From Mustelus asterias (taxonomy: Eukaryota): DNA of 64,000 nucleotides. The DNA lies in the NCBI RefSeq assembly GCF_964213995.1, contig NC_135808.1, positions 23,436,001-23,500,000 of the forward strand, read 5' to 3'. A model generated the notes under the pieces. The model did no database searches and was not told the origin of the DNA. It worked only from the letters and a program-made list of their open reading frames with translations. Positions within the stretch are counted from its first letter, which is position 1. Each line of letters starts with the position of its first letter. Both the position numbers and the translations under genes were made by a program. Positions 38,101 through 50,100 of the stretch are shown here, in pieces.

Positions 38101-41100
38101 TCTGTCCCAGCAGACAGGAAGTGAGTCCTCACTTTCCCACCACTCGGGGGTGCAGGTGGGAAGAAACCAAGAATGGATCAGGAACTGGGAGCCAGAGGCT
38201 GATTGGCTACGATTGGATATGTGACAGCAAATTTGATTGGCGATCAATGAGTGGAGGGAATGTATCCAAGAGAGACTGGCTCGGATTGGCTGTGTGTGGA
38301 GGACATGAGATCCACTTAGTGTAACTGCCGCTGATTGGCTTTCTATGTGGTGGGAGGTGCCTCGCTTGATTTGATTGGCTCTTGATAGAGTGGGTCTGGC
38401 TTCTGAGTGGAACTAGCTTGGATTGGCTGTGGGGGTGGTATCTCACATTGGGACTGACTCTAATTGGCTGTTTGTGATCCACAGGAATCCATGTTTTACA
38501 GATGATGACTGGCTGCAATCTGAGGGATGATGGGACCACGAGTGCATTCAACCGGATTGGGTGGAATGGACAGGATGTGCTCAGCTTCGACAAGGATCAC
38601 ATGGTGTGGGTGACCCCAGTGACCTGGGGAGAGATCATCAAAAACAATCTTGACAGGGATACTGCCCAGAATGAGCGATTCAAACAATTACTGGAGGTGG
38701 ACTGTATTGAGTGGCTGAGGAAATCCCTCGAGTTCGGACAGAGTGAACTGACAGCTGGTGAGTGAGGGGGGAGCGAGAATTGGTGAGTGATGGGGGGAGC
38801 GAGAGTCGGTGAGTGAGGGGGGGAGTGAGAGTCGGTGAGTGAGGGGGGAGTGAGAGTCGGTGAGTGAGGGGGGAGCGAGAGTCGGTGAGTGAGGGGGGGA
38901 GCGAGAGTCGGTGAGTGAGGGGGAGCGAGAGTCGGTGAGTGAGGGGGGAGCGAGAGTTGGTGAGTGAGGGGGGAGCGAGAGTCGGTGAGTGAGGAGGGAG
39001 CGGGAATCAGTGGGTCAGGGTGAGTGAGGGGGGAGTGAGTGGGAATCAGTGGGTGAGGTGGGAGTGAGTGGGAATCGGTGGGTGAGTGAGAGGGGGGTGG
39101 GAATCAGTGGGTGAGGGGGACTGAGTCATTGAGTGACGCGTGACAGATAGAGAGAAAGGTAGAAAACACCGAGTGCATTTTGCAGAAAGCTGGAGGGAGA
39201 TACTTATTTTCTATCAGCTCCCAGACTGCAATTTCCAGACAGAGAAAGGGAGAGAGAAAGAGCTGCTCCTTCGTTTTTCAAATTGAAACAGCAACTGCCT
39301 GCCTGTCCCTCTGTAACCCAAACTGCTCCCATTGACATGATTTCATTCTTGCCAATCAACCTAATTACACCCGACTCTGAAACACCAGGAGAAAACCACA
39401 ACATTTCACAAAACTGCATTAGCTCAGATTAAAACAAACACCCCAATACTTAGGACCAATTACTCTTCCGCATTATGTTGTGAAGTTTATGTTTTTAAAA
39501 TGATAACACAATTGTAACAATTGGAGTTTTCTAAACAGCATTCCATTGGAATCGTGCTTTATTCGGTTTGTTAATTGTTTTGTTAACCTGATTGCTGTTA
39601 GTTAGATAAATAAAGTGTTACTTGTTGCTTTACAGAGGGAATCTCAGGTAGTTATTTTGATTTGACCACTAAAAGTTGCTGAAGAGCAGATATTAACCCT
39701 TCTCACACACACTTTAACAGATTATGAAGGGACGTAATGCTCTTTCAGTGGCTGAGTATCAGTTCTCAGAGAGGAAATCAACTTCCACTTCGTAACAATT
39801 ATCAGCATGTGGGCTGCTGCAGTAATCAGAGTTGACATATAAAACAGTCCCTTTAGAAGAAATGCAAATACATTCCTTAAAAGCACAGTTCTGACACAGG
39901 GGACTTAGAGTGAGTGAGGGAGGGAGGGAGTGAGATTCGGTGAGTGAAGGAGGTGAGAGAGCCGGTGAGTGAGGGGGGGGAGTGAGAGTTGGTGAGAGAG
40001 GGGGGAGCGAGAGTCGGTGAGTGAGGGGGGAGTGAGAGTCGGTGAGTGAGCGGGAGTGAGAGTCGGTGAGTGAGGGGGGAGTGAGAGTCGGTGAGTGAGG
40101 GGGGAGTGAGAGTCGGTGAGTGGGGAGGGGAGTGGGACTCTCACTCCCGCTCACTCACCGACTCTCACTCCTCCCTAACTCACCCACTCTCACTCCCCCC
40201 TCACTCAACGACTCTCACTCCCCCCTCACTCACCGACTCTCACTCCCCCCTCTCTCACCGACTCTCACTCCCCCCCCTCACTCACCGGCTCTCTCGCCTC
40301 CTTCACTCACTGAATCTCACTTCCTCCCTCCCTCACTCACTCTAAGTCCCCTGTGTCAGAACTGTGCTTTTAAGCAATGTATTTGCATTTCTTCTAAAGG
40401 GACTGTTTTATGTGTCAACTCTGATTACTGAGGGGAGGAGTGAGCATCGGTGAGTGAGGGGGGAGTGAGAGTCGGTGAGCGAGGGGGGAGTGAGAGTCGG
40501 TGAGCGAGGGGGGAGTGAGAGTCGGTGAGTGAGGGGGGAGTGAGAGTCGGTGAGTGAGGGGGGGAGTGAGAGTCGGTGAGAGAGGGTGGAGTGAGCGTCG
40601 GTGAGTGAGGGGGGAGTGAGAGTCGGTGAGTGAGGGTGGAGTGAGAGTCGGTGAGCGAGGGGGGAGTGAGAGTCGGTGAGTGAGGGGGGAGTGAGAGTCG
40701 GTGAGTGAGGGGGGAGTGAGAGTCGGTGAGTGAGGGGGGGAGTAAGAGTCAGTGAGTGAGGGGGGTAGTGAGAGTCGGTGAGAGAGGGTGGAGTGAGAGT
40801 CGGTGAGTGAGGGGGGAGTGAGAGTCGGTGAGTGAGGGGGGGAGTGAGAGTCGGTGAGAGAGGGTGGAGTGAGAGTCGGTGAGTGAGGGGGAATGAGAGT
40901 CGGTGAGTGAGGGGGGAGTGGGTGTCGGAGGGTGAGGGGGGAGTGAGAGTCGGTGAGTGAGGGGGGAGTGAGAGTCGGTGAGTGAGCGGGGAGTGAGAGT
41001 CGGTGAGTGAAGGGGGAGGGAGGGTCGGTGAGTGAGGGGGGAGTGAGAGTTGGTGAGTGAGGGGTGGAGTGAGAGTTCGTGATTGAGGGGGGAGTGAGAG

Positions 41101-44100
41101 TCGGTGAGTGAGGGGGAACTGAGTCGTTGTGCGAATGTGAGTGAGGGGGGAGTGGGAGTCGGTGAGTGAGGGGGAACTGAGTCGTTGTGCGAATGTGAGT
41201 GAGGGGGGAGTGAGAGTCGGTTAGTGAGGGGGGAGTAGGAATCAGTGGGTGAGGGAGGAGTGAGTGGGAATCGGTGAGTGAGGGGGGAGTGAGAGTCGGT
41301 GAGTGAGGAGGGAGTGAGAGTCGGTGAGTGAGGCGGGAGTGAAAGTCGGTGAGTGAGGCAGGAGTGAGATTCGGTGAGGGTGGAGGTATTGGGAATCAGT
41401 GGGTGAGTGAGGAGTGAGTGGGAATCGGTGAGTGAGGGGGGAGTGAGAGTCGGTGAATGAGGGGGGAGTGAGAGTCGGTGAGTGAGGGGGGAGTGAGAGT
41501 CGGTGAGTGAGGGGGAATGAGAGTCGGTGAGTGAGGGGGGAGTGGGAGTCGGAGGGTGAGGGGGAGTGAGAGTCGGTGACTGAGGGGGGAGTGAGAGTCG
41601 GTGAGTGAGGGGGGAGTGAGAGTCGGTGAGTGAGCGGGGAGTGAGAGTCGGTGAGTGAAGGGGGAGGGAGGGTCGGTGAGTGAGGGGGAAGTGAGAGTCG
41701 GTGAGTGAGGGGCGGAGTGAGAGTTGGTGATTGAGGGCGGAGTGGGAGTCGGTGAGTGAGGGGGGAGTGAGAGTCGGTGAGTGAGGGGGAACTGAGTCGT
41801 CGTGCGAATGTGAGTGAGGGGGGAGTGAGAGTCGGTGAGTGAGGGGGGAGTGAGAGTCGGTGAGTGAGGGGGGAGTGAGAGTCGGTGAGTGAGGAGTGAA
41901 TGAGAATCGGTTAGTGAGGTGGGAGTAGGAATCAGTGGGTGAGGGAGGAGTGAGTGGGAATCGGTGAGTGAGGGGGGAGTGAGAGTCGGTGAGTGAGGAG
42001 GGAGTGAGTGTCGGTGAGTGAGGCGGGAGTGAGATTCGGTGAGGGTGGAGGTAGTGGGAATCAGTGGGTGAGGGGGGAGCGAGAGTGGGTGAGTGAGGGG
42101 GGAGCGAGAGTGGGTGAGTGAGGGGGGAGCGAGAGTTGGTGAGTGAGGAGGGAGCGAGAGTCGGTGAGTGAGGAGGGAGCGGGAATCAGTGGGTCAGGGT
42201 GAGTGAGGGGGGAGTGAGTGGGAATCAGTGGGTGAGGTGGGAGTGAGTGGAAATCGGTGGGTGAGTGAGAGGGGGGTGGGAATCAGTGGGTGAGGGGGAC
42301 TGAGTCATTGAGTGACGCGTGACAGATAGAGAGAAAGGTAGAAAACACCGAGTGCATTTTGCAGAAAGCTGGAGGGAGATACTTATTTTCTATCAGCTTC
42401 CAGACTGCAATTTCCAGACAGAGAAAGGGAGAGAGAAAAGAGCTGCTCCTTCCTTTTTCAAATTGAAACAGCAACTGCCTGCCTGTCCCTCTGTAACCCA
42501 AACTGCTCCCATTGACATGATTTCCTTCTTGCCAATCAACCTAATTACACCCGACTCTGAAACACCAGGAGAAAACCACAACATTTCCCAAAACTGCATT
42601 CGCTGAGTTTAAAACAAACACCCCAATAATTAGGAGCAATGATTCTTCCGCATTATATTGTGAAGTTTATGTTTTTAAAATGATAACACAATTGTAAAAA
42701 TGCTCGGAGCAGAAGGCATTGCATGGGCTGTTTAAAAAAAGGTTTTTATTTCTGTACTGAAGAGTAGGCTGTACACTGCTGTACACTGTACATTGTATCA
42801 TGAGCCTGGGCAGTAACTTTAAACAATCAGTTTAAATTAGGGATTTGAATAGCAGCAGCCTCTCAGATTTGAATTTGATGTTTTGATAACTAGTGGTAAA
42901 CCAATCCTATTGTGGGGATTTTTGATATGTCATCAGGGGTATAAAAGCCACACTCCTGCCTCTGCCAGCAAATGCATCTGCCACGGTTTACAGCTTGAGA
43001 GAGAGAGGGAGAGAGAGACAGACAGCAACTGTCTCTAACAGAGTGACAGCCACATTTATGTCTTAAAAGAAAGCCTCATCTCAAGCGTAAAGGTACAAAC
43101 GGAAGTTAGTGGAAACAGAAGATAAAGACAGAGCATTCCGGAAGATGACAAAACTGGTTAAAATTTTGAGAGTGACTAGAAATTCAAATTGTTTTGTAAA
43201 AAATGGGAATTGGATTTATCTAAAGAGCATTCCATTGGAATCGTGCTTTATTCGGTTTGTTAATTGTTTAGTTAACCTGATTGCTGTTAGTTAGATAAAT
43301 ATTGTGTTACTTGTTGCTTTACAGAGGGAATCTCAGGTAGTTATTTTGATTTGATCACTAAAAGTTGCTGAAGTGCAGATATTAAACCTTCTCACACACA
43401 TTTTAACAGATTATGAAGGGACGTAATGCTCTTTCAGTGGCTGAGTATCAGTTCTCAGAGAGGAGATCAACTTCCACTTCGTAACAATCATCAGCATGTG
43501 GGTTGCTGCAGTCATCAGAGTTGACATATAAAACAGTCCCTTTAGAAGAAATACAAATACATTCCTTAAAGGCACAGTTCTGACACGGGACTTAGAGTGA
43601 GTGAGGGAGGGAAGGAGGGAGAGTCGGTGAGTGAGGGGGGAGTGAGAGTGGGTGAGTGAGGGGGGAGTGAGGGGGGCGTGAGAGTCGGTGAGTGAGGGGG
43701 GCGTGGGAGTCGGTGAGTGAGGGCGCGTGAGAGTCGGTGAGTGAGGGGGGAGTGAGAGTCGGTGAGTGAGGGGGGAGTGAGAGTCAGTGAGTGAGGGGGG
43801 AGTGAGAGTCGTGAGTGAGGGGGGAGTGAGAGTCGTTGAGTGAGGGGTGAGTGAGAGTGGGTGAGTGAGAGTGGGTGAGTGAGGGAGGAGTGAGAGTCTT
43901 TGAGTGAGGGGGGAGTGAGAGTCTTTGAGTGAGGGGGGAGTGAGAGTCGGTGAGTGAGGGGGGAGTGAGAGTCGGTGAGTGAGGGGGGAGTGAGAGTCGG
44001 TGAGTGAGGGGGGAGTGAGAGTGGGTGTGTGAGCGGGGAGTGAGAGTCGGTGAGTGAGTGGGGGAGTGAGAGTCGGTGAAGGGGGTGATGCCGGGACCCT

Positions 44101-47100
44101 CCATCTCGAGGTTCCTGTACTGACTCCTCTTTCTTTCTCTCTCAGTTGCCCCGATCGTGTCCTTTACCCGTCTGGGTGATTCTAACCAGCTGTCCTGTGC
44201 CGTCACTGGGTTTTACCCTCAAGCCATCGAGGTGAATCTGTGGAGAGATGAAGTGGTGATTGATGAGACTCTGTCCAGTGGGATCTTACCCAATCACGAC
44301 AGCACCTACCAGATCCGGAAATGGGCAGAGTTTGATCCAGAGGACCAGGCCGAGTATTCCTGTCGGGTGGAACACAGCGGGATGAATGAGACACTGGTGG
44401 TGATTTACGGTAAGACTATTTCTCACTGTTCGAGAGGACCCAGCCTCAGACCAGGGTCACAGGAGGGAGGGTCAGTGCTGAGCTGTCAGCCCAGGACAGC
44501 CTGAGGCCCAGTATAGAGCAAGAAGGAAATAAATATTAATCTTCAATGCATTACATCATCATGGTGTCACCATTAAAGGAAAGTGATTGTGTGTCCTGGG
44601 ATTTTACTGTGCAATCTGCCCCAGTGTATCCTGCGATATTATAGCATGACAGGGCCCGGTGCATTGTGGCAAATAACAGGAAGTGCAGGACCCATTGCAT
44701 TGTTGAATATTATAGTAGGAAAGGGCGCCTGTGGATCATGAGATATTACTGTGTGACAGGCCAGTGTATCCTGAGATATTACAGTATTACAGGGCCAGTG
44801 TATCCTGGGATATTACAGTATGACAGGGCCAGTGTATCCTGGGATATTCCAGTATGACAAGGCCAGTGTATCCTGGGATATTACAGTATTACAGGGCCAG
44901 TCTATCCTGGGATATTACAGAATGACAAGGCCAGTGTATCCTGGGATAGTACAATCTTACAGGGCCACTGTATCCTGGGATATTACAGTATTACAGGGCC
45001 AGTGTATCCTGGGATATTACAATATTACAGGGCCAGTGTATCCTGGGATATTACAGTATTACAGTGTCACTGTATCCTGGGATATTACAGTATTACAGGG
45101 CCAGTGTATCCTGGGATATTATAGTGTGACAGGGCCAGTGTATCCTGGGCTATTACAGTATTACAGGGCCAGTGTATCCTGGGATATTACAGTATGACAG
45201 GGCCAGTGTATCCTGGGATATTACAGTATGACAGGGCCGAGTGTATCCTGGGATATTACAGTATTACAGGGCCAGTGTATCCTGGGATATTACAGTATGA
45301 CAGGGCCAGTGTATCCTGGGCTATTACAGTATAAAGTTTAACAACACCAGGTTAAAGTCCAACAGGTTTATTTGGTAGCTTTTGCTACCAAATAAACCTG
45401 TTGGACTTTAACCTGGTGTTGTTAAACTTCTTACTGTGTTTACCCCAGTCCAACGCCGGCATTTCCACACTATTACAGTATTACAGGGCCAGTGTATCCT
45501 GGGATATTACAGTATGACAGGGCCAGTGTATCCTGGGATATTACAGTATGACAGGGCCAGTGTATCCTGGGATATTACAGTATGACAGGGCCAGTGTATC
45601 CTGGGATATTACAGTATTACAGGGCCAGTGTATCCTGGGATATTACAGTATGACAGGGCCGAGTGTATCCTGGGATATTACAGTATTACAGGGCCAGTGT
45701 ATCCTGGGATATTACAGTATGACAGGGCCAGTGTATCCTGGGATATTACAGTATTACAGGACCTAGTGTATTCTGGATGTTTACTCCAGTCAACTTCGGA
45801 TGAATGTTCAGAAAAATACTGGAACTCTGTCTATTGGAGAGAATTCATGAAAATCTAGAAAGTCTATTTGGACTTCAGTAAGGCCTTTGATAAATTTCTA
45901 TATGGCAGGCTGCTCTGGAAGGTGAGATCACATGGAATCCAGGGAGAGCTGGCAAATTGCTGATGTAATTGTCGTGATGATAGGAAGGAGAAGGTAATGG
46001 TGGAAGGGTGCTTGTCGGACTGGATGCCTGTGACTAGTGTATGCCCCAGGGGTCGGTGCTGGGCCCATTGCTGTTTGTTATCTATATCAACAATTTGGAT
46101 GAGAATGTACAAGGCATGATCAGTAAGTTTGCAGAAGACACTAAAGTAGGTGGTATTTTAGGCAGTGAGGAAGCTTGTCAAAAATTGGAGCAGGATCTTG
46201 ATCAGCTGGAGAAATGGGCCGAGAAATGGCAAATGGAGTTCAACACAGATGAGTGTGAGCTGTTGCATTTTGGAAAGTCAAATCAAGCTCAGACTTTAAC
46301 AGTGAATTGTAGGACCTTAGGGAGTTTCGTTGAACTTAGGGACCTTGGAGTTCAGGTGCACAGTTCTCTGAAAGTGGAGTCACAGGTAGATAGGGCAGTG
46401 AAGAAGCCTTTTGGCACGCTGGCCTTCAGTCAAGTCACTGAGTATAGAAGTTGGGAAGTTATGTTGCAGTTGCACAGGACGTTGGTGAGGCCGCACTTGG
46501 AGTATTGTGTTCAGTTTTGGTCGCCCTGCTACAGGAAATATGTTATTAAACTCGAAAGAGTACAGAAGAGATTTACAAGGATGTTGCCAGGACTGAAGGG
46601 ACTGTGTTGTAGGGAGAGATTGGACATGCGAGGACTTTTTTCCTTTGGAGCGTAGGAGACTAAGGGGTGATCTTGTAGAGGTATATAATAAGATCATGAG
46701 GGACATGGATAGGGTGAATGCACTCAGTCTTTTTCCCAGGGTTGGGGAATCGAGAACTCGAGAGCATAGGTTTATGTTAAGAGGGGAAAAAATTAATGGA
46801 AACCTGAGGAGCAACTGTTTTACACAGAGAATGGTACATATGTGCAAAGAGCTGCCGGAGGAAGTGGTTGAAGCAGGGACATTGACAACATTTAAAAGGC
46901 ATTTGGACAGATACATGGATCTGAAAGGTTTAGGGGGATATGGGTCAAATACAGGCAAATGGAGTTAAGTTAGATGGATATTTTGGTCGGCTAGGGCCAG
47001 TTTCGGCCAAAGGGCCTGCCTCTGTTCCGTAGATTCTATGAAAGCAAAAAATATGAGAGTTGTGATAACCCCCAGCACCTACAAGGGGAATCCCTGATTG

Positions 47101-50100
47101 ACCCCCCAGTCAGACTCATGGGAATCTGAGTTCCAGTGGTGATAGGCAATTGCCTAACCAGGTGGAACTCGTATCCAGAGCCCTTGATAAGTCAATCCCT
47201 TGAGCGTGTCCGGTGTTCTATCATCCTGGATGGGACTCATGTACATGGACCACAAAGTTGTGTTTTAACTTTTACTTTGACAAATACAATATCGAATGAT
47301 GAAAATGTGAGCTGGAAACTATGTTTGGCAGCCTGGTACAGATGGGGACATAGAGGAACTGGTTCAAACATGCAAAGCTTGCCAGGATAACCAGGGGGCC
47401 CCACCAGTAGCCTCTCTGTTCTCCTGGGAATGGCCGGGAAGTCCTTGGATTGTGCAGGGCCATTTATGGGCTCAATGTTTCTGATATTGATTGATGCCCA
47501 CCCGAAGTAGATTGGTCTACACCGGGTGGCTTTTACCACTTCATATAACACCATAGAAAAGCTCGGGCAGTCTTTCAGTACGCATGAGATACCAGAGGTC
47601 CTCGTAACAGGCAATGGGACCCGTTTACCAGTGAAGAGTTCAAAACATTCATGACCACAAATGGAGTAAGACATGTCTGCACAGCCCCATATCACCTCTC
47701 ATTGAATGGCTTCACAGGGCGAGCAGTCCAAGTAGAATCATAGAACCTTAGAAACCCTACAATGCAGAAAGAGGCCATCTGGCCCATTGAGTCTGCACCG
47801 ACCACAATCCCACCCAGGCCCTACCCCCATATCCCTACACATTTACCCGCTAATCCCTCTAACCTACGCATCTCAGGACACTAAGGGGCAATTTTAGCAT
47901 GGCCAGTCAACCTAACCCGCAGATCTTTGGGTTCAAAAGCAGTTCAAAAAAGTGTTCAAAAGCAGCATGAAAAAAACAAACTCAGGGCTCCTTGGGCACA
48001 AAGTTGGTACAGTTCATTTTAACTCCAGGGCAACCCTGTACATAATGACGGGTTTCGCCCCAGCAGAATTCCTGATGGGCACACGCCTGCGGGATCAGGC
48101 TGAGCCTCACTTTCCTGAATCTAAGTGTAAAAATTGAGGAGAAACAAAAAGCACAAAATATGGGCCAAGGGGGGGCATTCGCCTGATTGGAATTTTAAAC
48201 CAGGAGACACCGTCCACGTGCAAAACTTTGGAGATAGCACCCAATGGACACCACGGGTTCCTCCCTCAAGGATCGGCCCAGTGTTATACACTGTAAAAAC
48301 TGAAGACAAGATAGTAAGGAAACATATTGACCCTCTGACGCCGTCCGAAACGTTCGACAGAAGCAACTGGCACATCGAACGTGCCATCTTCGGCACCGTG
48401 CACATCGACTGGCAGCAAAGAAACTCAACCAACGCTTGGCTTCAAAACAGCTGGGGAGGACTCGGCCTTAGAAATGGAAATTGAGGCAGCGGAATCTCAG
48501 CCAGAGGTTGTTGTGGAGAGTGAGCCACCTGCAGTGACACTTCGGCGGTCATCAAGAAAGAGACGGTCGCCGACTCGATGGACCTCTCCTGACCAGGTGG
48601 AGGATGCAATGGAAAGAAAGCCATTGGTCAAAGGATGAAGATGTTCTTGACATCTCAGGAGTGAGGGAGAGCCCTCAGGCATGGAGGTGGAGGGATGTGA
48701 TAACCCCGAGTACCTACAAAGGGAATCCCTGGTTGACCTCCCAGTAAGACTCATGGGATACGAGTGCCTGGGTGATTGGCAATTGCCTAACCAGGTGGAA
48801 CCCGTATCCAGAGCCCTTGATAAGGCGGTCCCCTGAGCGTCCGGTATTCTATCATCCAAATGGAACTCATGTACACGTACCACAGGGTTGTGTTTTAATT
48901 TTACTTTGACAAACAAAACATTGTTCCTTTCCAGTCGGCTTCCTGAGTTATTACAATAATGAATAGTCAGCATGGATCTTGAAATGGAGAGTCTTGTTTT
49001 ACTCCACTTAGTGGATTTTTTGAGGATGTAACAGGTGATGATAATGTAGTAGATATAATTTAATATGATTTTTTCAATGTAATAGATAAGGTGACTGGTG
49101 ATAGACTAATGGATAAGGTCAGAGAATGTGGAGTTAGGGAAAAGTGACAGAATGGATTGCTCACTGACTTTGAGACAGAAAGCAGAGAGTGTGAGTAAAG
49201 GGAGTTATTCAGAGTTACAGACAGTGGGAAATGGTGTCCCACAAGGATCAGTGCTCGGCTCACCACTGTTTACAATTTACACTCAATGATTTGGTTATTG
49301 GAACCAAGAACACCATGGGTAGAATTTTACGACCTCATAATGCCCATTTTTCAGCATGAAGATGTACTAAATTGGGGAGTGAGCTGACTGGTGGGAATAG
49401 TGCCCCTTTTCCCATCCATTCCTACCTGACCAAAAGAGAATGGGTGAAAATGGGTCAATTTGCATTTTTGTGCATTCATCACAATGTAACAAGCGAGCTT
49501 CAGTGTTGTCCTGGGAACCACGCAAGACAGGCAATAGCTGGCCCACCTGAAAGCTTTGGGACTCCTCCCAACAGCCTCACAGTTGGTCCAGTGTTGCTGT
49601 CAGCCCTTCCTGCATTCCCTGGCTCAGTTGCTGCATCTCCAGCAGCGGGGATTTGGTCATTAGGCACAGCGGTTAGCGCTGCTGCCTCTGTCATGATAGG
49701 GTTGGCAGGGGAGAGGGTCATGTCACTTGGCAATTAGGGGCAGGGGGTGATGAGGGGATCATGTGCAAGGGGGTGTAAGGAGGGTAAGGCAGTTGGAAAA
49801 TTGGGCAGAGTCCCTGATGTCCGTGGCGGGGAGGGTGAGGCTGTATCTGGCCGGGGGAAGGGTCGGGGGGGGCGGGGGGGGGAGTTGTGGCAGGGTAACG
49901 GCTGCCTTTTTCGCCTTTTCTGCGAATGTGCAGTTTGTGGCTCCGATCTGAGCTGCAGGCTGTCTGTCGGGTTATGCCCCAACCACTGCCTCTTTTGGAT
50001 AGAAACAGTCTAGCCCATATTGTCAATATTTACGTCTGTAAGATTGGGAGTGAAAACACGCTCAAAGAAATGGTTCAGGCACTCTCTCGTTTTCACGCCA

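Larger units (their letters stand above)
38758..44078 (+). repeat. Expanded intron 3 26-bp minisatellite complex, interrupted by duplicated LTR pieces and an inversion
   Basis: Arrays 38758-39130, 39905-40135, 40431-42310, 43595-44078. Confidence 0.92.

Noticed and set aside
44755-45770. CRISPR-like regular array with an embedded hairpin
   Set aside because: Head-to-tail units with no unique spacers, no cas genes, eukaryotic context; the hairpin is a Penelope insertion
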